Positions 1-11,100 of a stretch of DNA of 64,000 nt are shown here, one piece after another (position 1 is the first letter of the stretch; each line of letters opens with the position of its first letter). The position numbers and the translations under genes are program-made. The stretch spans positions 5,440,001 to 5,504,000 of the forward strand of contig OY764216.1 in the NCBI GenBank assembly GCA_963668315.1, written 5' to 3'. Below the pieces are notes generated by a model. That model saw nothing but the letters and a program-made list of their open reading frames with translations, searched no databases and had not been told where the DNA came from. The DNA comes from Spirochaetia bacterium. GTDB lineage: Bacteria; Spirochaetota; Spirochaetia; DSM-2461.

Positions 1-128
1 AATCCCTGGGCATCGACGACCAATTGGGGGTCTGGCGTGGGGATGAGTTTGGTGTCGTCGGAGGCATGGAGGGTCGTATTGGTCAGGCCAACACATAGCC
101 CGAGGACTGAAATCAAGACGGATCGCAT
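1..128 (-). CDS. Exported hypothetical protein, N-terminal part only (runs off the window)
   Basis: Manual translation MRSVLISVLGLCVGLTNTTLHA-SDDTK...; signal-peptide-like; AGGAG RBS at 136-140. Confidence 0.7.
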   Translation of the reverse strand, partial: MRSVLISVLGLCVGLTNTTLHASDDTKLIPTPDPQLVVDAQG

Positions 129-282
129 CGCTATTCTCCTCAAGATAACGCCTTCCTGCTGACTGTTGGAATGCGACAGTCGAAGGGTGTGTAGCTCGCC
201 ATGATACATAAAGCCCGCCGGGGTGTTGAGGCCCGTCTTCCCCTCTACCAAGGGAGATGTGCTCTGTGAGCGTAAAACAGAA

Positions 283-330
283 CAGGCCAACCCGACAAGC
301 CGTGTGAGGAGGCATTGCCGGGTTGGCCTG
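283..330. terminator. Stem-loop just downstream of the 341-1291 gene
   Basis: Inverted repeat CAGGCCAACCCG...CGGGTTGGCCTG. Confidence 0.5.
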
Positions 331-340
331 GTGGTCGCGT

Positions 341-1291
341 TTACTTCTGAGACACGGACTGTTTGAAGATCGGGGTGTTCTCAGTCACCTCGATCGTGAC
401 GGGCTCGGCATTCTTCTTGGCTGTCCGAGCCGGCGGGCGAGGGGCCGGGGGAACTTCGGCCCGCTCGGGCTGCTTGTCGTCGATCTTGGGGCTGTTGCTC
501 CGATTGGTGGATTGGGGCGCCGGGGGCAAGTTTGCCTCGACGATCTTGGTTTCTTCCCGGACTTCGACGACACAAGCGGCCACGATCGCTGTGGCGACTT
601 GCTCTGGCTCCGCGGCGAGGTATTCCTCGACCTTTCGCTTGCTTGCCTCGTCGTGGGTGTCATCCTCGATCTCCCAGGAAGGACGCACAGGGCTGCACGC
701 GACGGCCTGAGCGTTCTCGATCATCAGTTGGTCGACCTCTGCCAGCAACTCCTGCCCCTCGACCGTCAGATCCTGTAGCCGGATCAACTCGCGTTTTGTG
801 GCCAGTATTGCCAGTTGCGACTCGGTCTTGCCGATCTGTACGGCGTACTGCTCCATCTGCTGCTCCCCGCGAGCCAAAGTCGCCGCGAGTTCCTCCTGCG
901 ACTGCCGGTAGCCTTCTGCCTCGGCCAGCAACAGGCTGACCTGAGAAAACATTTGGGCCTTCGTGTAGGCACAATCGTGAACAACCGCTGCGTCCTGGCC
1001 GGACTGCTCCAACTCTTGGTAGGCAACGCGGAAGTCATTGGCCAGAGATCGGGCTCGCTGGACCTTGGCCGACAGCTTGGAATTCTGGGCCGAGAGCCTT
1101 TCGACCTCGGTACCCAGTCGGAATCGGGCCTTGTTCATGGTTTCCAGGTCCTGGGCCAGCCTCGACTCCACGTAACGGACATAGGCAACCGGGTGGCGGT
1201 CTTTGACCTGCCCCAGGACCCAGGGGTACCCCACGTAGCTTGTAACGCCAAACACGAACACAGCCATCGTTGTAACAACCAACTTCTTCAT
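341..1291 (-). CDS. Membrane-anchored coiled-coil protein with Pro-rich tail (loosely PspA/IM30-like)
   Basis: ORF 341..1342; start moved to MKKLVV (AGGAG at 1299-1303); N-terminal hydrophobic segment, long heptad-like helical region. Confidence 0.7.
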   Translation of the reverse strand: MKKLVVTTMAVFVFGVTSYVGYPWVLGQVKDRHPVAYVRYVESRLAQDLETMNKARFRLGTEVERLSAQNSKLSAKVQRARSLANDFRVAYQELEQSGQDAAVVHDCAYTKAQMFSQVSLLLAEAEGYRQSQEELAATLARGEQQMEQYAVQIGKTESQLAILATKRELIRLQDLTVEGQELLAEVDQLMIENAQAVACSPVRPSWEIEDDTHDEASKRKVEEYLAAEPEQVATAIVAACVVEVREETKIVEANLPPAPQSTNRSNSPKIDDKQPERAEVPPAPRPPARTAKKNAEPVTIEVTENTPIFKQSVSQK

Positions 1292-1372
1292 CGTTCTTCT
1301 CCTGACAAGCATGCGATTTGTGAAGACTGCCTTCCAGAGCATTCGAGACGAGGTTTCCTTCCTCTGTAGCTC

Positions 1373-1400
1373 ATGGTCTCCCGGGGGCCGCGGATTGCGC
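1373..1400 (-). promoter_or_regulatory. Putative ECF promoter, copy 1
   Basis: GCGCAA-N16-GACCAT on the minus strand, about 80 nt upstream of ATG 1291. Confidence 0.6.
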
Positions 1401-1658
1401 GCCGAGCGGATAAGATCTTCGATGGACCGAGAATGACAACTACGTTAGTCATCTTACTGCCCTATGTCGCCTAATTGACATCGAGGGGTCGTTGCACGCA
1501 GAATGCGGGCCTTGTGAAATTGGGGCTTTTCGTATCCGGACGGGGACGCCGGGGTGCCGCGTTCGTGCCTGACCCCCTCGCCCGAGCGACTGCTAGAATG
1601 ACGCCTGTCACATGACGCTGCATCACAACTCACTTCCCGTGTATCTGGAACGACTTCC

Positions 1659-3130
1659 ATGAGAATTCCCCTTGCCGTCGCTTTCGTTGCCCTGACGAGT
1701 GCTCTCACTTCCGCAACCGAGCTACCCCGAAGCACTCCGGAGATGCAGGGCGTGTCGTCTCAGGCCGTTCTCGAATTCGTGAACGCGGCCGACAAGAAGC
1801 TCGATTCGCTACACAGTTTCATGCTGCTGCGCCATGGCCATGTGGTGGCGGAGGGCTGGTGGGCGCCCTATCGGGCGGAAGCCCCCCATTCTCTCTATTC
1901 GCTGAGCAAGAGCTTCACCTCCACGGCCGTGGGATTGGCGATCGCCGAGGGCAAGCTCAGTGTGGATGACGAACTGATCAAGTTCTTTCCAGAGGACGCC
2001 CCGGCGAACCCAGCAAGAATCTCAGGTCGATGCGGATCAGCGACCTGCTCCGCATGTCAACAGGCCACCAGACCGAGCCACCGCGCACGTCGACGGAGCC
2101 CTGGACCAAGACCTTCCTGAACCACCCGGTTCCGTTCAAACCGGGAACGCATTTCCTTTACAACACTTCGGCCACCTACATGCTGTCGGCGGTCGTTCAG
2201 AAGGCAACGGGAGAGGTCCTTCTGGACTACCTGAAGCCCCGTCTATTTCAACCGCTGGGCATTGAAAACCCTACGTGGGAAACGAGCCCTCAAGGCATTT
2301 CTACCGGCGGTTACGGGCTGAGCGTTCGCACGGAGGACATCGCCCGCTTTGGGCAACTCTACCTGCAGAAAGGCAAGTGGCAAGGCAAGCAGCTTGTGCC
2401 GGAGGCGTGGATCGAGGCGGCAACATCCCGACAGACCTCGAACGGCAGCAATCCGGCAAGCGATTGGGACCAGGGCTACGGCTACCAGTTCTGGCGTTGC
2501 CGCCACGGTGTCTTCCGGGGCGACGGAGCGTTCGGCCAATACTGCATCGTACTGCCCGAACAAGACGCCGTGATCGCCATCACCAGTGGCCTGGGAGACA
2601 TGCAGGCCGTGCTGAACGTGGTATGGGACGAGCTTCTACCGGCTTTGAAATCGGGACCTCTTGACGCTGACGAACAGGCAGCGAAGACGTTGGCGGAACG
2701 GCTGAACGGATTGGCGCTACCGGTGCAGGAAGACGTCGCTTCGCCCACGGAGCCTTTGGGTGGAAAGTACGCCTTCCCGGAGAACGAGAACAAGCTGGAA
2801 TCGATCGCGTTGGAGAGCGGTGACAGCAACAGTCGGGTGACCCTTGTGGCACGGATTGACGGCACGGACCAGCGGATCGTCTTCGGTCGCGGCAAATGGG
2901 TGACGGGCAAGGCCGCCTGGATCTCGACGGCCGAGCAGCCCGTGGCGGCGAGTGGCGGCTGGACCACAAACGATACGTTCACGGGGAAGATCTGTTTCTA
3001 CGAAACACCTTATGTCGTCACGGTAAGCCTGAAGCACGCAGGCAGTGAACTCCGCTGCAGCTCGACATGGAACGTCCGGTTCGGCGGTGCAAAACATATT
3101 GAGTTGCAGGGGAAGGCCCAGGACCAATAG
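1659..3130 (+). pseudogene. Beta-lactamase class C/AmpC-family serine hydrolase with a single frameshift near 2003-2006 (real or sequencing error)
   Basis: Signal peptide and SxxK (SLSK) in ORF 1659..2120; YNT and family C-terminus in ORF 2030..3130; adding one base restores DAPAEPSKNLRSMRISDLL. Confidence 0.8.
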
Positions 3131-3676
3131 CGGGGCCGGCTCCTACAGCATTCCGGACTTCTCATTGCGAGTTCACTTCTGAGCCGTCCGGGTTCGTTTC
3201 GCACCGATTCCGGAATGTTTGGCCGCCGGTGAAAGGCCTTGGCGAGCAGCCCCCCGACACAGGGAGAACATTGCCCCAGATTCACAACAATAGGCAAAAT
3301 GCCCTTTTTTTCCGGCATGCGATATCAAATCGGGCAAGAGAACCTCCTGTTCGTTAGATGGAAGTGAAGAGTCCGGGCCATTAATAGGGACAGAGAAGCA
3401 CTTGGAACTCTGCTTCTGGGCGAAGTCTGGGTATCTCGCACGATTTCTGCCTTTCTGGGCCACTTGTTTTCCGGAGTTTTTTTGATCAGACTAAGGCTCC
3501 CTTTCTAAGCCGTTATGCTGTTGGCCCACCGTTGCGTGGCCATGCAGACCTCGACGGGACGAATTAGAAAACGGGGCAGGATCTGGTTGTTTTCTTTTTC
3601 CTAGGGGAGGAGTACCTCCTCCTCCTTCTAGATATCCGGATTGCGTGTGCCATTTTTGGCATTTTGGTCGTTCCGC

Positions 3677-3704
3677 GCGCAACTCGTGTCTTCGCGGGGA
3701 CTAT
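3677..3704 (+). promoter_or_regulatory. Putative ECF promoter, copy 2
   Basis: GCGCAA-N16-GACTAT, about 60 nt upstream of ATG 3763. Confidence 0.65.
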
Positions 3705-3762
3705 CTCTTCCGGGCAGTGAAGAAAATCCAGTTTCCTAACCACCTGAAAGAGGAGATGTGTC

Positions 3763-4095
3763 ATGTCGATCCGCAGGAGCATGCTGTTGCCGTTGGCCGT
3801 CCTGATGCTTGGCCTGGTCCCCGTTGGGACGACCCTGGCCGGTACGGGGACGAAGGCTCCCCAATCGCAGAGCCAGAAGCAGCAGGCGCCGAAGAAGGCG
3901 CCCCAGAAGGCCAAACGTCCTACCCAAACCGTGGTGAAGCATCACGGCGCGCACCGCTACGTGTGGGTCCGAGTGACGCCCGCCACGGTCAAGTATGAAG
4001 GCGACAGCCCGAAGTCTCAGCAGCCGACCGCGAAGCCGAGCAAGCGTACTCAGCAGAGCACGCAGCAGAGCGTTTCGCAGAAGCCCGGCAAGTGA
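3763..4095 (+). CDS. Small exported Gln/Lys/Pro-rich protein
   Basis: GAGGAG RBS, signal peptide ending TLA, low-complexity Q/K-rich mature region. Confidence 0.8.
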   Translation: MSIRRSMLLPLAVLMLGLVPVGTTLAGTGTKAPQSQSQKQQAPKKAPQKAKRPTQTVVKHHGAHRYVWVRVTPATVKYEGDSPKSQQPTAKPSKRTQQSTQQSVSQKPGK

Positions 4096-4345
4096 CCCCA
4101 GTCGGCGATTCCTTGACGGAACGGTCATGAGGTACCGACCGTTTCGTCGGGGCATGCCATTGAGCGACATTTGGAGGCGCGGGGGCTCGTGAGATTTCGG
4201 GCCCCCCGCCATTACCGCCGTACGCGACTCTACCAAGGAGTCATAAGAAAGATGCAGGGACTTACGATTGATACTGTCGACAACTGTCCGGACTGGGTTC
4301 GGGAATCATCCCCGGTTGCAGCCTTGGGATGAAGGTTGCCGCAAG

Positions 4346-5254
4346 ATGGACAAGCGTTTGCACTCATGGCGCCGCGAGTATTCGTCCAGCGTGTGCGACC
4401 AGGTCTTCGCGGGTGACTGCGAGGACAGCCGCGTGCTTTTTCAACGCCACTGGGAGTGTTGGATTCACCACTGGCAGACGGCGGGGCAGGAGGTTGACGG
4501 CGAGACCGTTGCCGAATCGATCGAGAAGGGCGTGGGCTACGTGGGCGGGGGCGACCTGGGGGGCAACCCCTTGTTTGACCTGGTGCTGGCCCTGGCCGTC
4601 ACTCGCCGGCATAGCAGAGCGGCGTCCCGCTTCCAGGACGAGTTCTTCGAGGAGGCCAAGTGCCACGCACGCAAGCTCGCGGCGGTTTTTTCACGGGAAG
4701 ATCCGCTGGAATGGTGGACCGAGTTCTTCGACGAACTGGGCGGCTTCAGCGGGCGCCCGGCGAAGCTCGATCGCTATAACGGTCGGACCTCGCTCCGCCG
4801 ATGGGTGCCAATTGTCCTGTGGAATTATCTGCGAAATCTGCTGAGGAAGCGGGGGAGGCGAAACGCCAAGGAAGGCACACTGCCCGATACGGTACGAGAC
4901 GCGAAACAGGAGGAGATCCCCGTGGAGGAGCAAGAGAACTTCGCAACGCTTTCGGCCATTTTTCGGTCCGCGTACGAGCAATTGTCTTCGGAAGACGCCA
5001 GCCTGCTTTCTCTGTACTACGACGAGGGATTATCGAATCTGGAGGTCGCCTCTCTGCTGGCGATCAATCCCGGTACGGCGACGCGGCGACGCAAGCGTGC
5101 CGAACAGAGGTTTCGCGAACTGCTTCTTCAAGAGGCCGAACAGCGGAACGAGTCGCTTCAATCCTTGCAGGAGCGAATTGCCTCGGCGGGGGTCGACTTC
5201 GCCAGCCTGCTGTTCAGCGTCGTCGAGAACCGAGACGAGGAGGTGACGTCATGA
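4346..5254 (+). CDS. ECF-type sigma-70 factor with N-terminal extension (resembles the Myxococcales-type family)
   Basis: DLVLALA..., KLDRYNGRTSLRRW region 2, region-4 HTH LSSEDASLLSLYYDEGLSNLEVASLLAINPGTATRRRKRA; start uncertain (4268 or 4346). Confidence 0.85.
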   Translation: MDKRLHSWRREYSSSVCDQVFAGDCEDSRVLFQRHWECWIHHWQTAGQEVDGETVAESIEKGVGYVGGGDLGGNPLFDLVLALAVTRRHSRAASRFQDEFFEEAKCHARKLAAVFSREDPLEWWTEFFDELGGFSGRPAKLDRYNGRTSLRRWVPIVLWNYLRNLLRKRGRRNAKEGTLPDTVRDAKQEEIPVEEQENFATLSAIFRSAYEQLSSEDASLLSLYYDEGLSNLEVASLLAINPGTATRRRKRAEQRFRELLLQEAEQRNESLQSLQERIASAGVDFASLLFSVVENRDEEVTS

Positions 5255-6411
5255 CCGAGCGGCAAACACTCGAAGAACTTGTCCGCCAGGCCTTTCGCAG
5301 CGGGCTGCAGACTTCCCACGATTCCGGGGGCTACCATCCGGTTGATGATGACGACTTTCTCATCGACCTGTCGATCGGTGGCACTTCGGATGCGAAGCGT
5401 GCCGAATTCGTCGACCACCTGGCGCGCTGTTCCTATTGCCGGCACGAAATCGCGCGGATGATCCAGGCGGGGGTGCTTCAGTTGCCGGAAGTCGCGGCCG
5501 AGGAGCCGCCTCAGGCAATCTCGTTGCCGCCGCGGAACGCATCGCGTTGGCACTCCGCCCGAATCCTGCTTGCGGCAGCTGCCGCGATCCTGATCGTCGT
5601 GGGAGTCTCCATACTCTTCATGCCGGGAACGAGCGAATTGGCGCTGGCCCGGAACGACTTGAAGGCCGATCGATACCTTTCGGCCCTGGAACACGCGGAG
5701 GCCTACCTGGATTCGTCGGCGGACGACGCTTCCGGGAGAGAGGAAGCGAAGCAGATTCTCAGCGACGCGGGGTACCGGCAGTCGCTCGAATCGTTGAAGA
5801 AGAGCGACTTCGAGCTCGTGAAGGAATTGGGAAGCCGGGTCGAAGACCTTGCGGGGCGATCGCCGCGGATGACCAATCTGAAGCTGCAGGCGATGCGGAA
5901 ACAAACCGGCTCGTCTGCGTGGCCTGGTCGGGGTGAGTTGACCGAATACGGCTATCGTCTTGACGGCCATTCCTATGCCAAGCCTTTGCCGGTCTTCGAC
6001 GAGAACGTGAAGGCGATTCTCTCGGGATACGAACGTGCCGTAGCCGAGTTCCCCGACGATTCCGAACTGCGACTGAATTACGGGCAGTATCTCCTGGAGC
6101 AGGACGATCCGGAGGGGGCGCGAGCCCAGTTCCTGGAGGCGCAGCGATTGGCCCCGAATGCACTCGAAACGCAGATGGCCCTGGGAATCGTCGCCTTCCA
6201 GCAGAAGCACTTCGATGCGGCCATCGGGTATTTTCGCTCTGTTTTGAACGGTCAGCCCGACAACACGCAGGCCATGCTGAACCTTGCCGTTTGCCATGCC
6301 CGGCTTGGCCAGAAGGCCGAGGCCGTGTCGTGGTTCGAGAAAGTCCGCGACCATCTCGCTCCCGGCCCTCGCCGCGACGAAGTGGACCGTGCCATCAACG
6401 ATCTGAAGTGA
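5251..6411 (+). CDS. Anti-sigma factor: ZAS zinc finger, TM helix, extracytoplasmic TPR domain
   Basis: ATGA overlap with the sigma stop; HLARCSYC (HxxxCxxC); TM ILLAAAAAILIVVGVSILF; C-terminal TPRs. Confidence 0.85.
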   Translation: MTERQTLEELVRQAFRSGLQTSHDSGGYHPVDDDDFLIDLSIGGTSDAKRAEFVDHLARCSYCRHEIARMIQAGVLQLPEVAAEEPPQAISLPPRNASRWHSARILLAAAAAILIVVGVSILFMPGTSELALARNDLKADRYLSALEHAEAYLDSSADDASGREEAKQILSDAGYRQSLESLKKSDFELVKELGSRVEDLAGRSPRMTNLKLQAMRKQTGSSAWPGRGELTEYGYRLDGHSYAKPLPVFDENVKAILSGYERAVAEFPDDSELRLNYGQYLLEQDDPEGARAQFLEAQRLAPNALETQMALGIVAFQQKHFDAAIGYFRSVLNGQPDNTQAMLNLAVCHARLGQKAEAVSWFEKVRDHLAPGPRRDEVDRAINDLK

Positions 6412-6463
6412 CCCTTTGAAGAACCATCTGGCTATCTCTGGACAACCCAATCGAGGTGAAACG

Positions 6464-8059
6464 ATGACAACGCAACGCCAGCTCCTGCCCATCACGCTCG
6501 CCGCTATCCTTGTGGTCGCAACGCTGGTTCCCGCCCGGGCCCAATCGGGCCGGACGCTCAATAACTTCCTTGCCCCCCAAACCAAGGCGGAGAACTCGAA
6601 CGAGAGTCCTGCGGCCGAGGACGCCGCTCATCCGGCCTTCTTCGTCAACCTGGACGTAGATCGGGACGATCGCCTCTACGAGGAGGGAGAGCTGATTCGG
6701 GCCACGGTCAAGTCGGAACGAGCCGGTTACCTGTACGTCTTCGTCGTCTCCGGCGACGGCACGGCCCTTTGCCTGTTTCCGAACAACTACGACCGCAACA
6801 ACCGGATTCCGGCCAACCGGGAGATCGTGGTTCCCAGCCCCGAGGCGCCTTTCAAACTGAGGGTTACGGCTCCGTTCGGAGAGGAGGGCCTTGTGGCGAT
6901 GGTGTCGGAGGAGGAGATCAAGCCCGAGTTGCTGGGGGCCAAGTCGCTCACGGAGAAGCCTGCGACGGAGGTTTCATGGTCGAAGGCGATTGAAGTGGTA
7001 CCCAAGTACGACTGTGCGGATGACATGGTGGTCATTCGGACGGTGAAGTCGCGGGCAGAGGCACGTCCGGCGGGCGAGGGTGCTCGCCCTGGGGCCGCCG
7101 AGCGAGAAGAGGGCCGGGCCGAAGCCACCGGGACGTCGTCCGTACGCCGGGTCGGCCTCTTTGTGGGAATAACCAAGCATCTGCACATAACCGACAACGA
7201 CATGCCTTCCATTTCGCACAGCGTTGACCTCGTAGCGGCCGCCATGCATGACTTCGGTCACCTGGACGAGATCATCCTCGTGCGAGATGACAAGGCTTCT
7301 CACGACGGGATTGAAGCCGCCTTCGCGAAACTCGTCAAAATGACCAATCCGGGCGATGAGGTCTTCATCTACTGGGTCGGTCACGGATGCGCCTATGACT
7401 TTGCGGACGGCCGCCATGAGAATCTCCTGTGCGTCTACGATTCGGACGTTGTCGCCGATGAAAACGATCACCCCTGCCCCACAAACTACGTGCTTGAGAC
7501 AGAGTTCACCAAGTGGGTTCGAAACCTGGAGAAACGCCGCATTGCCATCGTTGTGGATTCGTGTCATTCCGGGGGGCTGCTGGATGCTGAACCGACGGAC
7601 ACGGTTCGGTGGGCGGAGTCACTGGAGCGTTCGGGCAACGAGTCGCTCACGAGCGTGATGTCGGGCGTCAAGGTCGGCGACATGACGAAAACGCTCACCG
7701 ATCTTCGCGACAAGACCCAAACGCCCGACGACGACGGACCGCTCTTCCTGATCGATGCCCTGCGGCGACTCAAGGGAATCGGCGAAGGGGACGCGGCCGT
7801 GATCCTGTCTTCCGCCGAGGATCAAGCATCATTCGGCGGGCTCTTGTTTAATGGAAAAGAGTACGGTCTGGCATCGTTCTGCTTCGCGGCAGCGATTATC
7901 GACGCCCCCTTGCTCTACGCCGGAACCGACCGACAACTCACATTTGCCGAAGCCTGGCTGTTCATGAAGACCCATGTCACCGCGATCAGCCTGGAATTAG
8001 AGCGGTACCAAACCCCGGTCTATTACAACCCGATCGGTGAGATCATTGTGAGGCCTTGA
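6464..8059 (+). CDS. Exported DUF4384-like + caspase-like (peptidase C14) protein
   Basis: Signal peptide; GYLYVF...LFPN domain; catalytic YWVGHG and VDSCHSGG. Confidence 0.85.
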   Translation: MTTQRQLLPITLAAILVVATLVPARAQSGRTLNNFLAPQTKAENSNESPAAEDAAHPAFFVNLDVDRDDRLYEEGELIRATVKSERAGYLYVFVVSGDGTALCLFPNNYDRNNRIPANREIVVPSPEAPFKLRVTAPFGEEGLVAMVSEEEIKPELLGAKSLTEKPATEVSWSKAIEVVPKYDCADDMVVIRTVKSRAEARPAGEGARPGAAEREEGRAEATGTSSVRRVGLFVGITKHLHITDNDMPSISHSVDLVAAAMHDFGHLDEIILVRDDKASHDGIEAAFAKLVKMTNPGDEVFIYWVGHGCAYDFADGRHENLLCVYDSDVVADENDHPCPTNYVLETEFTKWVRNLEKRRIAIVVDSCHSGGLLDAEPTDTVRWAESLERSGNESLTSVMSGVKVGDMTKTLTDLRDKTQTPDDDGPLFLIDALRRLKGIGEGDAAVILSSAEDQASFGGLLFNGKEYGLASFCFAAAIIDAPLLYAGTDRQLTFAEAWLFMKTHVTAISLELERYQTPVYYNPIGEIIVRP

Positions 8060-8134
8060 AGAAGGGCAGGGAGCCGCCCTGCTGAATAAAACGGTGGTCT
8101 GCCAGCGATTCGGTGAGCTAACAGGAGGGGACCG

Positions 8135-11100
8135 ATGAGTTGCCGATTTTTGATGAACGTGATATTGGCCCTGGTGCTGGCCGTGTTCGCCGATCCGGGC
8201 CGAGCCCTCGGTGACGATTTAGACGACTTTCTCCGCCTGTCGGAGGAGTGCAAGAAGCAGTCGGATGCGGGCGAGTTTGATCGCGCGGAGAAGACAGCGC
8301 TTGCACTCCAGCGGCTGGCTGACGGGGCGTTGGCAGAACTCCCGCTTGCCAGGCTGGGGGCGGCTCGCACGCTGGGGACGATCTACTTCCGCCAAAGACG
8401 CTACGACGAAGCGGAACCGGTTCTGAAGCGAGCCTTGGCGATCAGCAAGGAGGCCTTCGGGAACGACGAGATGGCGGTGGGGGCGTGCCTCAACAGTCTG
8501 GCTCTCGTGTACCACAGCCAGGGACGGTACGACGACGCGAAGCCGCTCTACGAGCAGTCGCTGGCGATTGCCGAGAAGCAGCTAGGAAAGACTCATCCGA
8601 GTGTCGCGGCTGCACTCGGGAGCCTGGCGGAACTACACAGCGAGCAAGGTCGCCTCTCCGACGCGGAGCCGATGCTCGAGCGAGCCCTGGCGATCAACGA
8701 GCAGACTCTCGGCAAGGATCATCCGCAGACCGCCCTCTCTCTCCACAACCTGGCGAAGCTGCACGAAAAGCAGGGACACTTCGCCGAGGCGGAACCACTC
8801 CACCGGCGCGCCTTGTCGATCCTGGAGAAAGCTCTTGGGGAGGATCATCCCTACCTGGCGACGAGCTTGACCAGCCTGGCGAATATGTACTGCGCCCAAC
8901 AGCGGTTCACCGAGGCGGAGCCTCTGTTGAAGCGAGCCCTGACGATATCGGAGGCGGCCTTCGGACGTGACAACCCGGGGGTGGCCTCCGCCCTCAACAG
9001 CCTGGCCCTGCTGTATCAGAGTCAGGGCCGGTACGACGAAGCCAAGGCTTTCCACGAGCGGGCACTGGCCATCGCCAAGAAGACATTCGACGAGAACCAT
9101 CCGAATGTGGCCACGAGCCTCGACAGTCTGGCAGGCCTCTATCACAAGCAACGCCGCTATTCCGAGGCGGAGCCGCTCTACAAGCAGGCCCTGGCGATTC
9201 GCGAGAAGGCCTTTGGCCCCGACCATTCTGACGTGGGCCGGAGCCTCGACAACCTGGCCAGCTTGTACGCGGACCTGGGACGATATGCCGAAGCGCAGCC
9301 GCTTTACGAACGGGCCCTGGCGATCAAGGAAGAAGCTCTGGGCGCGGACCATCCCAGCGTGGCGACCAGCCTGAACAACCTGGCACTGCTGCTGGCGGAA
9401 CGGGCCAACTACGCCGAAGCGGAGCAACTCTTCGATCGATCCATAGCGATCCAGGAGAAGTGCTATGGCAGTGACGGGCTCGGCGTGCTGACCACCTTGA
9501 ACAACCGGGCCACACTGTGTGTCGATCAGGGACGCTATGCCGAGGCGGAGGGGCTTTATCGACGTGCACTGGCCATTGTGGAAGAAAACGTCACGAACGA
9601 TCATCCTGCCGTGGTGTCGTGCCTCAACTATCTGGCGGTCTTGTACCGGCTCCAGGGCCGCTCCTCTGAGGCGAAGGAGCTTTTCCTGCGAGCGCTCGCG
9701 ATCCAGAAGAAGTTGTTCGGGGAGGACAGTTGTGAATCTGCGGAAACACTCGGCAACTTGGCGGGCTTGTATTCGAAACAAGGCCGGTACGCGGAGGCGG
9801 AGCCGCTGTTCCTGCGCGCCATCGCCATTCAGGAGAAGTTCCTCGGCAAGGAACACATTCAATTGGCGATGAACCTCGAGAATCTGGCATTGCTGTATTA
9901 CAATCAAGGCCGTTTTGAGGACGCCGTACTGCTGGTGAAGAGGTCGCTGGCCATCCGCGAGAAGCTGTTTGACGGTACGCACCCCAGCGTGGCCGACAGT
10001 CTCGGCAGTATGGCCGTGCTTCTCAGCACCGTGAATGCCGACACCGAGGCGGAGCGTCTTTATCAGCGATCCCTGGAATTGCACGAAAGCGTTTTGGGAC
10101 CATCGCATCCGCGCGTGGCGGAAGGGCTGGTCAATCTGGCCGGTCTGTATGTGAAGCAGGAACGTTTCGCGGAGGCGGAACCGCTGCTCCGTCGATCGCT
10201 CAAGCTCTGGGAAGAGTCGTTTGGACCAGAACATCCGAACGTAGCTCAGTCGCTCATCTCGCTTGTCGATCTGCATTTGAAGCAGGGACGCGGCCGTGAC
10301 GCGGAACCGCTCGCCGATCGCGCCGTTGCGATCACAAACCGCGAGGGAATTGCCGAAGGGGAACGCGCGGCCAGCTATGCCCGCCGCGCAGAAGCACGTT
10401 GGGCTCTTGAGAAACGGGAAGACGCTGTGGCGGACCTCCGCGAAGCAATGCGTCTGGCCACCCGGATACGCAGGCAAGCGTCGGGGATCGAGCAGCAGCG
10501 GTCCGGCGCGTTTGCGATGCACCTTCATCTGTTTGAGCGGATGGTCTTCTGGCAAACCGAGTTGCACGATTTTGACAAGGCTTTGGAGGCGATGGAGCAA
10601 TCCCGTGCCCAAGGTCTGCAGGACCTGATGCGGGCAAACGGGGTCGATATGCTCGAAGGCCTTCCCGAGGAGACTGCATCGCGTCTGAACAAGGCGGAAG
10701 GCCTGGCTCAAGCGGATGTCGTCTCCTTGCAGAAGCGATTCAAAACGCTGCAAGATCGAACGGACATGGAATCGGATGAAAAGGCCGAAGAAGGCAAGCG
10801 GCTTCTGGAGGAGCTTGCCGCGGCCCGGGAACGGCTGGTTCAGGCCTGGTCGAATATCAAGAACGCCAGCCCCGCTTATCGGCTCCTGCTCGCTGAGGAC
10901 CGACAGCCCGTGCGGATCGAAACCATGGGCAAGGAGTTGGCCGAATCGGACACGCTTGCCCTGCAATATCTGCTCGGTTCGGAGCACGGATTTCTGCTTG
11001 CCTACGGCGGCGGAATCGAACCGATCCTCGTGGAACTGAAACTCAACGACACGCAGGCCTCACTTCTGAACAGCGAAGCGGGACCGCTCACCGCGATTCG

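Noticed and set aside
1617..1644. GTGTAT upstream of the serine hydrolase as a promoter copy
   Set aside because: The -35 position reads GCTGCA, a poor match
8633..10987. Long minus-strand ORFs opposite island genes (also 33885-35966, 26706-28109, 27508-28218)
   Set aside because: Shadows caused by high GC, codon bias and the tandem repeat
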